A DNA stretch of 64,000 nucleotides from Octopus sinensis. Its lineage: Eukaryota. The stretch is from positions 144,956,001 to 145,020,000 of the forward strand of contig NC_042998.1 in the NCBI RefSeq assembly GCF_006345805.1. The letters are read 5' to 3'. Positions 51,963 through 64,000 of the stretch are shown in pieces (the first letter of the stretch is position 1; each line of letters starts with the position of its first letter). Position numbers and translations under genes: made by a program. The notes under the pieces were generated by a model, which was given only the letters and a program-made list of their open reading frames with translations, did no database searches and had not been told where the DNA came from.

Positions 51963-52205
51963 AAACGAAAACATAAACACAAAAACATAGAAACAAACTT
52001 TTTTTGGAACAATGAAAAAAACATACAGAGAAATGAGACATGCAATATAAAGAATATTCCCCTTCTTCAGTTGTCCCTGATTAATCTACTCCACATTTCG
52101 AAGGCAAGTACAATACGCGACTTCGTTGAAACAGTCCTTCCTGCAAAGCAAATTAAATAAAATTTGGGATTTTTTGTGGAGGGTGAAAATGGTAACAAGA
52201 ACAAG

Positions 52206-52241
<36 letters not shown>

Positions 52242-52479
52242 CATACATTAGAAACTGGTCCTGCATTATCTGATTCTAGGTTGTCCATTTATCGAATGTT
52301 CTTCCTAGAGGTAAGACAAATTTTTTTCATGTTTGTTGCACACACACGTTTTTGCTTGTATATACGCAGTGAAGCTATACAATAGCGTATTTATATCGAT
52401 TGCTATTTTCCAGTAAATATTGGTGCCTTGTTGTACCATTTATCTACTTATATATATATATATATATGTATATATATGT

Positions 52480-52581
<102 letters not shown>

Positions 52582-52658
52582 ATATATATGTATATATATA
52601 TATATATATTATATATGTATATATATGTATATATATATATATATATACATATATATTT

Positions 52659-53439
52659 GTGGTACCAATGCCGGTGGCACACAAGAAAACCATCCGAACG
52701 TGGCAGTAGCCAGTACCACATCGTGCTGTGGGCACGTAACAAACACCATCCGATCGTGGCCGTTCGCCAGCCTCATCTGGCACCTGTGTTGGTGGCACAT
52801 AAAAACACCATCCAAAGACCCGGCAAGACTAGTCAGGCCATAACCCGTGGCCCCTACCTGGGACGTAGTCAGTCTACCTGTGCATACCTTCCTTCTTATG
52901 ACACTTGTGAAGACCTGTTGAGGCAAGTGAAAATCAAACCAAATCAAAATAGATGAACATCAATGGAATTTGTATCTTTGTGGTACCAGTGCCGGTGGCA
53001 CACAAGAAAACCATCCGAACGTGGGCGTAGCCAGTACCGCATCGACTGGCCTCCGTGCTGTGGGCACGTAACAAACACCATCCGATCGTGGCCGTTCGCC
53101 AGCCTCATCTGGCACTTGTGTCGGTGGTACATAAAAACACCATCCGAGCGTGGCCGTCTGCCAGCCTCGTCTGGCACCTGTGTCGGTGGCACATAAAAAA
53201 AAAACACCATCCGAGCGTGGCCGTTCGCCAGCCTCGTCTGGCACCTGTGTCGGTGGCACATAAAATCACCCACTACACTCTCGGAGTGGTTGGCGTAAGG
53301 AAGGGCATCCAGCTGTAGAAACACTGCCAGATCTGACTGGCCTGGTGCAGCCTTCGGGCTCCCCAGACTCCAGTTGAACCGTCCAACCCATGCTAGCATG
53401 GAAAGCGGATGTTAAATGAGGATGATGATGATGATGATG

Positions 53440-53440
<1 letters not shown>
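52659..53440 (+). mobile_element. Young ORF-less RTE-3'UTR-derived element with structured units and (GAT)n tail, in (TA)n
   Basis: Two head-to-tail blocks of units 'gccagcctcRtctggcacYtgtgtcggtggcacataaaaacaccatccg', plus the terminal block shared with 38215-38385. Confidence 0.9.
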
Positions 53441-53471
<31 letters not shown>

Positions 53472-54540
53472 GTCTCTGTGTGTGTGCACAAATGTGAGTG
53501 TATGTATGTTTGTCTTAACATCAAGTGATAATTGTAAATGATTACCACTGTCATATAAGAGGTGTCATTCTTTCTCAATATCCTGCAAAAACATATTTGG
53601 CCATGATGGAAATATTACCTAGTTTGGAAACAGGTGAGAGTTGGCAACAGGATGGAGATCTGGCAGTAGAAAATCTGCCTCAAGAAACTCCATCCAACCC
53701 ATGCGAGCATAGAAAAGTGGACATTAAAACAATGATGTTCTTCTTTTTTAATATTTAACCCATGGAAGCATGACATCTTTACCTCTTGACAAGATTATAT
53801 AGTTGATGTTCAGCTTGACCTTCTTCAGAGAAAATATGAACTTGGTAGGCACACTAGAGGGCTGCAGTTCTTGGGAGAAAGAATTAGTCATACTATTTAG
53901 TAATATGGCTTGTTGGGTGGAATACTTTAGGGATGAGGAAAGGAAAAAAAGGGTGTGTAATTGGATAGTAGAGAAACTGATATTTTAGGGGAGCAGTAAT
54001 TGTTGAATTCCTAATAGATGAGGCAGCATACACAAACCTCGAGTGAGCTGCTAGTTGTAACATGCTACTGAATGGATGTTTGTTAATCAGCTGAATATAT
54101 GAATGGTACTCTATGAGTTGCATTTATGCTTTAGAGAGGGTCAACCAATGTTTAGGACTGGAGTGATTTCTGCTGCTTTGAGATGAGGATTTTGGGGTTA
54201 ATAGCCCCAGAAAAAAGCTGCTTTTATACCAATTGTAAGGATTTAATTTTGTGTACTGTTTGTGAGAATTGTGGCTGCAGTATTGCATGACTTACTCTGT
54301 AACACGTATTGTGACTGTATCTTGTTACAGTTGAATAGGATTCACTTGTCAAAGCTCATCTTACTATGATGCAATGTTTTAGTTCCAAAACACTATTTCC
54401 AAACAAGTCAGACGATATGAGTGTGTGTATGCATATACCACCACCACCACCACCATCATCATCAATGTTTAATGTCTGCTTTCCTCTGCTTGCATGGGTT
54501 AGACAGAATTTGGTTGAAGTAAATTTTCTATATCATGTGT

Positions 54541-54763
54541 GTCATCATCATCATCATCCTCATTTAACGTCCGCTTTCCATGCTAGCATGGGCTGGACGG
54601 TTCAACTGGAGTCTGGGGAGCCCGAAGGCTGCACCAGGCCAGTCAGATCTGGCAGTGTTTCTACAGCTGGATGCCCTTCCTAACGCCAACCACTCCGAGA
54701 GTGTAGTGGGTGATTTTATGTGCCACCGACACAGGTGCCAGACGAGGCTGGCGAACGGCCACG
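54541..54763 (-). mobile_element. 5'-truncated inverted copy of the 52659-53440 element
   Basis: Reverse complement matches 53216-53435 with 3 mismatches by eye. Confidence 0.9.
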
Positions 54764-54845
54764 TGTATATATATGTATATATATATGTGTGTGTGTGTGT
54801 ATATGTGTATGTATATATATATATGTGTGTGTGTGTATGTATATA

Positions 54846-54919
<74 letters not shown>

Positions 54920-55300
54920 CACATATAGTTAACCCCCCCACAAACAAGGAAAAGCACAAGAAAAAAACCAACAATGTGAAGATGTGGTACATGCAAAGTA
55001 TTAGCAAATGCAGGGAAGGAAAGAAAAGTAGTTTTTATGTTTTGAACAAAGCTCTTCATCAAAAACAGGAGGTGGAGGAAAGTCCAAGAGAAAAGGAAGA
55101 TGGAGGAAAAAAATCGGCAATGATCCACTGGCTGCTTGCAGTTTTCTTCTACCAAATCCTCTCACAAGGCTTTGATTAACCTGGAACTATAGTTGAAAAC
55201 ATTTTCCCAAGGTATCATGCAGTGGGTTTGAACCTGAAACCATGTGACTGGGAAGCAAACTTCTTAATCAAGGAGCTGTGCCTATATATATATATGTACA

Positions 55301-55600
55301 TATATAGATAAAGATAGATATGGCCAGTTTATGGGGATACCCTGGGTTTCATGTCCATAAAGTCCTTAACTTTACAGCATTCCTTCAGACCCTAAAACCT
55401 GTTGGCCTGTGGCATTCCCTTGTTGTTAATATATAGTAATGAAGTCTTTTCTGTCTCCATTTTCTAGAGAGGTCACTTGCTAGAGAGGCCATAGGCCAAC
55501 AGGTTTTAGGGTCCGAAGAAATGCTGTAAAGCTAAGTGTTTTATGGTCATGAAACCCAGAGTAACCCCATAAACTAGCCATATCTACCTTTATCTATATA
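55301..55600. mobile_element. Foldback/MITE with 113-bp inverted arms
   Basis: 55301-55413 versus 55488-55600 are inverse, roughly 88% identical by eye, with a 74-bp spacer. Confidence 0.85.
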
Positions 55601-55724
55601 CTCTGCTGCTCTATAATTTAGAGTGTGCTTCTTTTTCATATTTATGATTTACTGTCGATACACACACACACACATATATTCAGAGAGAGGGAGAGAGAGA
55701 GAGAGAGTGAAAGACATACAAATA

Positions 55725-55749
55725 AATAGATAGATAGGTAGATAGATAA

Positions 55750-55795
<46 letters not shown>

Positions 55796-55796
55796 C

Positions 55797-55827
<31 letters not shown>

Positions 55828-55873
55828 GTAACAACTGAATCACACCACTAGGTGATTTATTCTGAATATCAAA

Positions 55874-55942
<69 letters not shown>
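55725..55942. repeat. (GATA)n (55725-55826) and (TA)n (55877-55942) microsatellites
   Basis: Direct sequence. Confidence 0.95.
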
Positions 55943-55945
<3 letters not shown>

Positions 55946-57326
55946 AGTCTGAATGAAAGAAAGTATGTGGTTGTGACAACACCAAAGATGATGAGAGCTA
56001 AACTAATACATTGTTTGAATTTATAAATGAATTTATTTCATTATTTTATCATTTTATAATTTCGTAATCATTTTTTATTTTTTAGAAAGTTTTTAAAATA
56101 TCTGTGACAGTCAAAACAATTTCTGCAATCTATAATAAATATTTTTGTTATTTTCTATGTTATGGAAATCAGCAGTGAGATTGTTGAGCGCTAACTACTA
56201 AGAAGGTGTTAATAAGATATAATAACTGTGTCATTAGAAGAAAGATAATGATTTATGCATGATTTAATTATTGCTTCATAAATTTTTTTGAAGAATATTG
56301 AAAAAGAAAAAAGCTAGTTTTGTAATAGATGGTCTATAATTTGTCACATGCTTTAAAAAATCAATTTGAAAAGTCGGACACTATCATATATACTGTTCTT
56401 CCACCACCACCACCAACAACAACAATAACAACAACAGCAACAGCAACTGCAACGTGAACATTAATATTTTAATATCCTGGTGGTGAATTGGTGGAATTTT
56501 CAGAGCATTGGGTAGTATGTCCTAGGTATATGTTCTGATCCTCAGTGATTTGAGTTCAAATCCCCCTGAGGTCAACTGTACCTTTCATCCTTTCAATGTT
56601 GATATTAAAGAATCAATCCAGGATAGTAGATTAGTAGCAGGATTAGAATCTTGAACAAGATATCTTATAGTATCCAGCTCAGCTCTTTCCATCCTTGTAA
56701 TACAGTGATATAGTTGGAGTATGTGCTGCCCAGGACAACCCCTTGAGTTTGCTATGCCTGCTGGGCCTCCAAGCCTGTACAGCTTTACACTGCAGACCAA
56801 AAGCACCACCCCATATATCATTGCTATGGACTAACTATTCCAGGAGTATACCAGCATATATCACAACCATTATGGCGTTAGGAAGGGCATCCAGTCGTAG
56901 AAACACTGCCAGATTTGACTGGGCCTGATGAAGCCTTCTGGCTTCACAGACCCCAGTAGAACCGTCCAACCCATGCTAGCATGGAAAACGGACGCTAAAC
57001 GATGATGATGATGATTATGAACATTCCTGAACCAGTCTTTTATTTATCTCTTATGATTTAAACTCTGTAAAGCATCCTTTTCTCCATTTACATTGTATAA
57101 ATGCATAATTATATAAATGCTATCATCTGGCTCAATACCTGTTGTTTGCTTATTTATACTTATATATACTCTGTGGAGTTGTTGATGTTAAGCAGGGCAT
57201 CCAGCCATAGAAACCAAGCCAAAACAGACTGGAGCCTGGTGCAGCTCTCTGGCTTATCAGTTTCAGTCAAACTGTCTAATCCATGCCAGCATGGAAAATG
57301 GATACTAAATGATGATGATAGTGATG

Positions 57327-57365
<39 letters not shown>

Positions 57366-57539
57366 TATATATATACATACATACATATTTGTAGTATACA
57401 GTATGGATTCCCGGAGTGGTGTGGTTATCACAGAAAGCTCTTGAAAGCTGAGTGTCCATACCAGGTTCCAGAGCTGTCTTCTGGCTGTGGTGGAAGCTGA
57501 GGGTGGCTACTTTGAATAAGCTGTTATTTACCCTCCATA

Positions 57540-58026
57540 ATCATCATCATCATCATCATCATCATCGTTTAATGTCCGTTGTCCATGCTGGCATGGGTTG
57601 GACTGTTTTACTGGCAACTGGGAAGCCAGGAGGCTGCACCAGGCTCCAATCTTATCTGGTAGTATTTCTACAGCTTGATGCTCTTCTTAACGCTAACCAC
57701 ACTGAGAGTGTAGTGGATGCTTTTTACATGCCACCGGCATGGGAACCAGTCAGGCGGCACTGGCATCGGCCACATTCAGATGGGGCTTTTTACATGCTTC
57801 CAGCATAGGAGCCAGTTGAGGTGGGGTGGGTCTGGCATCGACCATGTTTGGATGGTGCTTTTTACGAGCCACCAGCATGGAGAGCCAGTCAGGTAGCTCT
57901 GGCAACAACCCATGCATACATGGTGCTTATTGTGTGCCACCAGCATGGGAGCCAGTCAGGTGGCACTGACATTAGCCACAACTACAATTTTCATTTGATT
58001 GTGTTTTGATTTGATTTGATTTTGAT
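57540..58026 (-). mobile_element. RTE-3'UTR-derived element with about 4 diverged structured units
   Basis: Reverse complement: (aaatc)n, units 'gccag..ctggct.ccatgctggtggca..aaaaagcacca', terminal block and (GAT)n tail. Confidence 0.85.
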
Positions 58027-58146
58027 TTATCTACTTGATATTTTTTGATTTTTTAAAATACTTTCATTTTTTAATGGAATATTGTGTTTTCTTTTCCTTT
58101 TATACAAACAAACTGTCCAATTTAGCCAAAACACCCTGTATGTGTG

Positions 58147-58180
<34 letters not shown>

Positions 58181-58195
58181 ATGTGGGTGTATATA

Positions 58196-59048
58196 CAGGG
58201 GTTGGACAAAATAATGGAAACACCTAGCATCATAGCATCAAAATTTTGAAATATCTATAAAACCGTCAAAAGCTTGTTTATTTTTATGTTTTTTGATTTA
58301 TTATTAGTGTTGCTTAATATGTTTTGCTAAAATTGTTGTTTCTTTTCAGATATCATCAGAAAAAGGTAATTAAAATTCATTAGAATGACAAATCTATCGG
58401 ACTTCCAAAGAGGTCAACTTGTTGGTGCTCATATGACAGACACTAGAGTTATGAAAATAGCTGAAATGCTTTATGTATCAAGAAGTACTGTTTCAAAAGT
58501 AATGACAGCCTTTAAGAAAGAGGGAAAAACCTCCTCGTTGAAACAAAACTCCAGAAGAAAACCAAAACTTTCAAATAGGGACTGTCGATGATCTGGGGAG
58601 CTATATCTTGGAAATATGCTGGTCCAATGGTTTCCCTTCATGGCAGAATTAATAGTCAAGACTATTTAAGCATTTTATCTAATCAAATTAATCCTATGGT
58701 TGCAGAACTGTTTCCGGAGGGAAACACAATCTTTCAGGATGGTAATGCACCAATTCTCACTGCTAAATTTGTTACTAAATGGCACAAGAAACATTCTAGT
58801 GAAGTTGAACATCTTATCTGGCCACCACAGTCCCCAGATCTCAATATTATTGAATATTTATGGTGCATGTTAGAAAAACAAGTAAGGAGTTGATATCTTC
58901 CACCATCATCACTACAAAAACTGAAGACTGTTTTAGCTGAAGAATGGACAAAAATTCCATTGGAAACAATTCAAACTTTAGCGAGTCCATACCTCATAGA
59001 ATTCAAGCTGTAATTATTGCCAAAGGCAGTAATTACAGCTTCAATTCT
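58196..59048 (+). mobile_element. Tc1 copy (same family as 45665-46928), internally deleted, 3' end replaced by a foldback
   Basis: TA|caggggttggacaaaataatggaaacac; MTNLSDFQRGQLVGA; deletion of about 375 bp at 58587; MIWGAISW...QDGNAPI...WPPQSPDLNIIE; no right TIR. Confidence 0.92.
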
Positions 59049-60389
59049 GCTCGAATTCTGTATATATATTAATTTGCAACAATAATCCTTGGATGTTACA
59101 GCAGCAGCAGCAACAGCATATCTGTTACTCCCAAGCAAGTAAGATCTTGTAGCAAGTATCATGCTTTTGCTTATTGTTTTCGGTTCCTATGTAGCCATGA
59201 TCAAACATAGATACCTTCTTGTCCTTTCTACCCTTTACATAGTCGAACAACCAAAATGTTGCATCTGGAAGGAGAGAGAAAACTGCACCAACACTCAACT
59301 GGTACTCAATTTACATTGAATAGATGAGAGTAACATGAAATGAAGTACTTGCTTGAGGACATGACATGCTATCCAGTCCAGGAATTGAAACCATGTTTTT
59401 ATGATCATGAAGCCAATATCTTAATCACTAGGCCAAGCACCTTCACTGTTGAATGTAGAACAGTGAAAAGAAAATATAGAAAAATTCCTGAGGTTTATGT
59501 TTAATATACAAACGATCTATTTGTAAATTTTCTGGTTTGTAAACTATTTCTACAATACACACTGTATTGAAGTTTTTATATGTCTACTAAAGTAAGATGA
59601 TAGCAGTAATATTATGTTTTACAAATGGCCATTTACCCAGTTGTGATAATAAAGTATCCATTGATATTTCAGGTAATTCATTTTGGATGATAAAAGTATA
59701 TTTTCAAATGTGAGATATGAGTCATATAACAGCTTTTGAAGCTCTTACAAAGTTTGTAAAACAAATAAGACAGATGGATAAATAGACACATAGATAGACA
59801 GACTGACAGGTGGATGAAGGGATGGATGGATGGACAGACATATAGATAGGCATTTTATATCATTGTCAAAGATACAGAAAAAACATAATAATAATGTCAT
59901 ATCAATATAAATTGTATATATTTAAGAATTCTATACAATTGGTTAAGACAAAAACTTAAAAGCAAAAGGTGAACAAAGAGTATTATACACAAACAATGAG
60001 ATATTGAAATCGGTTACACAATGAAAAAAGGCGGTTTTCTTGATATAAGCTGTCTTTTAGAATATTTCTGATATAAATGAAAAGAAAGAAGATAAAGGGA
60101 AAAAAAAAAAAAAAACAGATATTAATCCTTCAAAGAAAAGTAAGTTTGATGTTCTTGTGGTTGAGTAACATTAGTCGACTTTGTTGAAGTAGGAGGCTCA
60201 GAACACTGAGGTTATCGACTGACAACCAAGGAGCAACTCACAGTTCCTGAGTTCTATTCTAGATATACCATTCATTAGTTAAGAACATGTAGTCTACACT
60301 ATATATTCCACCATGCAGAATTTAGTTGTGTGATTCTCAGTATAGGGTATGTTTTTATTCTCAGTCCTTCATCGTTGTCATCATTGTCA

Positions 60390-60436
<47 letters not shown>

Positions 60437-60756
60437 ACATCATCATCTTCATCAATTTAATGTCCTTGTTTCCAAGCTTGAAAGGGTCTGATGAAATTTG
60501 TGGAGGCAAATTTTCTATGGCTGGATGCTCTTCCTGTTACCAACTCTCACTTGTTTCCAAGCAAGATAATATTTCCCCATGGTCTGGTACGTTTTCATCG
60601 AAGATTTGAAACAAATAACACCTTGTTTGATGGTGACATACATTTACAGATATCATGTGATATCAAAACAAGGAGGCCCTCTCTCTTTCTTTCTCTCTCT
60701 TTTACCCCCTTAAACCTATATGTAATATATACATATGGGTATACATATATATTTAT

Positions 60757-62190
60757 AGCCTTCAACAAATTACCTTGCTCTGTTATATGGTGGTCTCTGA
60801 GGAAGTTAGAGGTTGACAAATGACTTGTAAAAGTTGTACACACCATGTACAAGGATGCTATTAGTAAGATATGAGTTAGCCATAGGTACAGTGATGAAAT
60901 TAGTGTACAGGTAGGTGTTCCCCAAGGCTCAACCCTCAGCTCCCTCCTATTCTTCATCCTCCTCCAGGCCATAACAGGAACTGAAGGCTAGAAGCACATG
61001 GGAACTACTATATGCTGATGATCTTGCAGAATCTGTAACAGAATTAGGAAAGAAATCCCAGAAGTGGAAACAGAACCTGGAATCAAAGGGCCTTAAGGTT
61101 ACTTTGCAAAAACCAAGGTTCTAGTAAGCAAAAAATTGGACGAGACCCTTCACCCTTCTGGTAAATGGCCCTGTTTGATATGTAGGAAGGGTGTCAGCAG
61201 AGATCTCATTCAGCATACTCTGTGCAATCTATGGACACACAAGAGGTGCAGTGGAATGGTAGGCAGGTTAACAGAGAGAAAGTTGTGTTCATATGTGGAA
61301 GATGTACAAGAGTCATAAAGACTACAAATATACAGGAAACTGATTTCCTCAAATGTCCTGAAGGCTCTCTGGAAGTTATAGAAAATTTCTGCCACCTAGG
61401 TGACTTAATTAGCAGTGGAGGAAGTCGTACAGAAAGTGTAATTGCTAGAATAAAAATAGGATGGAAAAAGTTCAGAGAGCTTTTATCTCTGTTGACAACT
61501 AAAGGCCTGACTGAAAGGAATATTGTTCGATGCATGTGTATGAACTGCAATGCTACATGGTAGTGAGGCCCTAAATGCAGAGGACATGCAAAGACTAGAG
61601 AGGAACAAAGCCGTTATGCATTGCTAGATATGCAATGTCAGTGTGTATGTGCAACAGAGCACTGGTGTATTGAGAAAAAAGTAAAGCATAAGAGGAATTA
61701 GATGCAATGTGCAAGAGTGAAGGCTGTGATGGTTTGGTCATGTAACATGGATGGGTGAGGATAGTTGCATAAAGAAGTGCAGATCACTTAGAATGGAGGG
61801 AAATTGTGGAAGAAGGAGACCCAGAAAGACATGAGATGAAGTATTGAAGGTCGATCTCAAAATGCCTTATGAAGGAGATGACAGAGGATTGAAATAAGTG
61901 GTGCATTGCTGTACTCAAGAAGCCCACTCACTACAACTGAATTGATATTCTAAAACCAGGTGCCATGTAAAAGATGGCAGGGTGCTGGTACCACATAAAA
62001 AGAAATGGTATGGTTCCAGGTAAAAAGTACCCAGTACATTTTGTAAAGTGGTTAAGAATGGCATCCAGCTGTAGAAACTGAGACAAAACAGACTATGGAA
62101 CCTGGTGTGGCCCCTGGATTTGCCAGTTGCTGTCAAGTTGTCCAACCCATTCGAACATGGGAAATGAATGTCAAATGTTGATGATGATGA
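60757..62190 (+). mobile_element. Older degenerate RTE LINE fragment (RT, PHD, short 3' UTR, GAT tail)
   Basis: Homologous to about 36250-38385: GVPQGSTLS, ELLYADDL, WPCLICRKGVSR..LWTHKRC..FICGRC, ARIKIGWKKFREL. Only about 3 decayed 3' UTR units. Confidence 0.88.
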
Positions 62191-62650
62191 TAGTATATAT
62201 ATATATATATATTTTATACATATATGTATGTGTGTGTGTGTATTAATGCTTGTTCTTATGTGCAGTTATAATAAAAACAATTTTACATTCATTGGACGGG
62301 TTACTTGAACTTATATTAAGTACAAATTTATTATTCTTATACAAGAATGTTGTTGACAGTGACTTCAAAGTTTTCGCTACTTAACCTATGACTGGACTCA
62401 TTAATCTCTTAGTGCAAAAAAAGACTAAGACAATGGGCCAAGAACTTGTTTGACCATGTGGTAAAATGTGGATTTGCTTTTGAATCTTAGCTAAGATATT
62501 CTGTAACTGTTCTTACATCACTCTCCTCCCAGATAATTTAATAAATAGCCATATTAATAATCAATCATATTAGATATCAATCAAATAATATTCTCATTTA
62601 TCATTTCTCTGATCTGCATTATCACATTAAATATCATTGTTATATATATA

Positions 62651-62691
<41 letters not shown>

Positions 62692-62710
62692 TGTGGTGTG
62701 TGTGTGTGTG

Positions 62711-62746
<36 letters not shown>

Positions 62747-62771
62747 ATATATATATATATATAATATATAT

Positions 62772-62802
<31 letters not shown>

Positions 62803-63745
62803 GACACTTGTGAAGACCTGTTGAGGCAAGTAATAATCAAATCAAATCAAAACAAATCAAAATAGATGAACATCAATGGAATTTGTATCTTTGTGGTACC
62901 AGTGCCGGTGGCACACAAGATAACCATCTGAACGTGGCGGTAGTCAGTACCACATCGACTGGCCTCCGTGCTGTGGGCACGTAACAAACACCATCTGATT
63001 GTGGCCGTTCGCCAGCCTTATCTGGCACCTGTGTCGGTGGCACATAAAAACACCATCCGAAGACCCGGGAAGACTAGTCAGGCCATAACCCGTGGCCCCT
63101 ACCTGGGACGTAGTCAGTCCACCTGTGCATACCTTCCTTCTTATGACACTTGTGAAGACCTGTTGAGGCAAGTGTGTGACACTTGTGAAGACCTGTTGAG
63201 GCAAGTGTGTGACACTTGTGAAGACTTGTTGAGGCAAGTGAAAATCAAAAAATCAAAATAGATGAACATCAATGGAATTTGTATCTTTGTGGTACCAGTG
63301 CCGGTGGCACACAAGAAAACGTTCCGAACGTGGCCGTAGCCAGTACCGCATCGACTGGCCTCCGTGCTGTGGGCACGTAACAAACACCATCCGATCGTGG
63401 CCATTCACCAGCCTCATCTGGCACTTGTGTCGGTGGCACATAAAAACACCATCCGAGCGTGGCCGTCTGCCAGCCTTGTCTGGCACCTGTGTCGGTGGCA
63501 CATAAAAAAACACCATCCGAGCATGGCCGTTCGGCCAGCCTCGTCTGGCACCTGTGTTGGTGCACATAAAATCACCCACTACACTCTCGGAGTGGTTGGC
63601 GTTAGGAAGGGCATCCAGCTGTAGAAACACTGCCAGATCTGACTGGCCTGGTGCAGCCTTCGGGCTCCCCAGACCCCAGTTGAACCGTCCAACCCATGCT
63701 AGCATGGAAAGCGGACGTTAAATGATGATGATGATGATGATGATT
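62803..63745 (+). mobile_element. Young ORF-less RTE-3'UTR-derived element with nested duplications
   Basis: Near-identical to 52659-53440. Extra triple 30-bp repeat 'gacacttgtgaagacctgttgaggcaagtg' at about 63144-63240. (GAT)n then (ATT)n tail. Confidence 0.9.
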
Positions 63746-64000
63746 ATTATTATTATTATCATTGTCATTTTATTACAAGTGGTACATATATATACATACA
63801 TATATGTATATAAATCAATTCAAGGAAAAAGTAATTTTCTTCAAAGGTATGGAAAACATTCAATTTTCACTGGTAATTCAGTTAAATACCACAATATAGT
63901 AGAAAAAAAAAATCCGAACTTAAAATGGTATAATTTCAATATATAAATATATAAATATTAAAGGAAATATTTAACCTGATGAGACTCATATGTATAAAAG

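Noticed and set aside
52025-52440. Penelope-terminus-like blocks with small hairpins
   Set aside because: No canonical CUGANGA core on either strand; not enough to call a ribozyme.

Overview
AT-rich, microsatellite-rich eukaryotic DNA. Its SINE and RTE-LINE repertoire looks cephalopod (Octopus-like); this is an inference from repeat families. No host protein-coding exon can be securely identified, and nearly all listed ORFs are transposon relics or translated microsatellites. Elements found: a mellifera-type mariner; a near-complete Passer/POGK-type pogo transposon; two Tc1 copies; canonical Helitron relics; a Helentron/Helitron2 Rep-PIF1-APE relic split by a TTAA piggyBac-type MITE; CR1, RTE, Gypsy and Penelope relics; hAT-type and foldback MITEs; and many tRNA-derived SINEs. 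Most notable: (1) the 3' UTR of a young PHD-finger RTE LINE is an expandable array of 61-63 bp units, each predicted to fold into a fixed-stem, variable-loop hairpin plus an H-type pseudoknot, and the module is spread by ORF-less derivatives; (2) a decayed Penelope-associated hammerhead ribozyme; (3) a CpG-retaining island at about 38.5-42.3 kb with divergent splice donors, a CCAAT box and a CTCF-like motif, probably a host promoter and possibly bidirectional.
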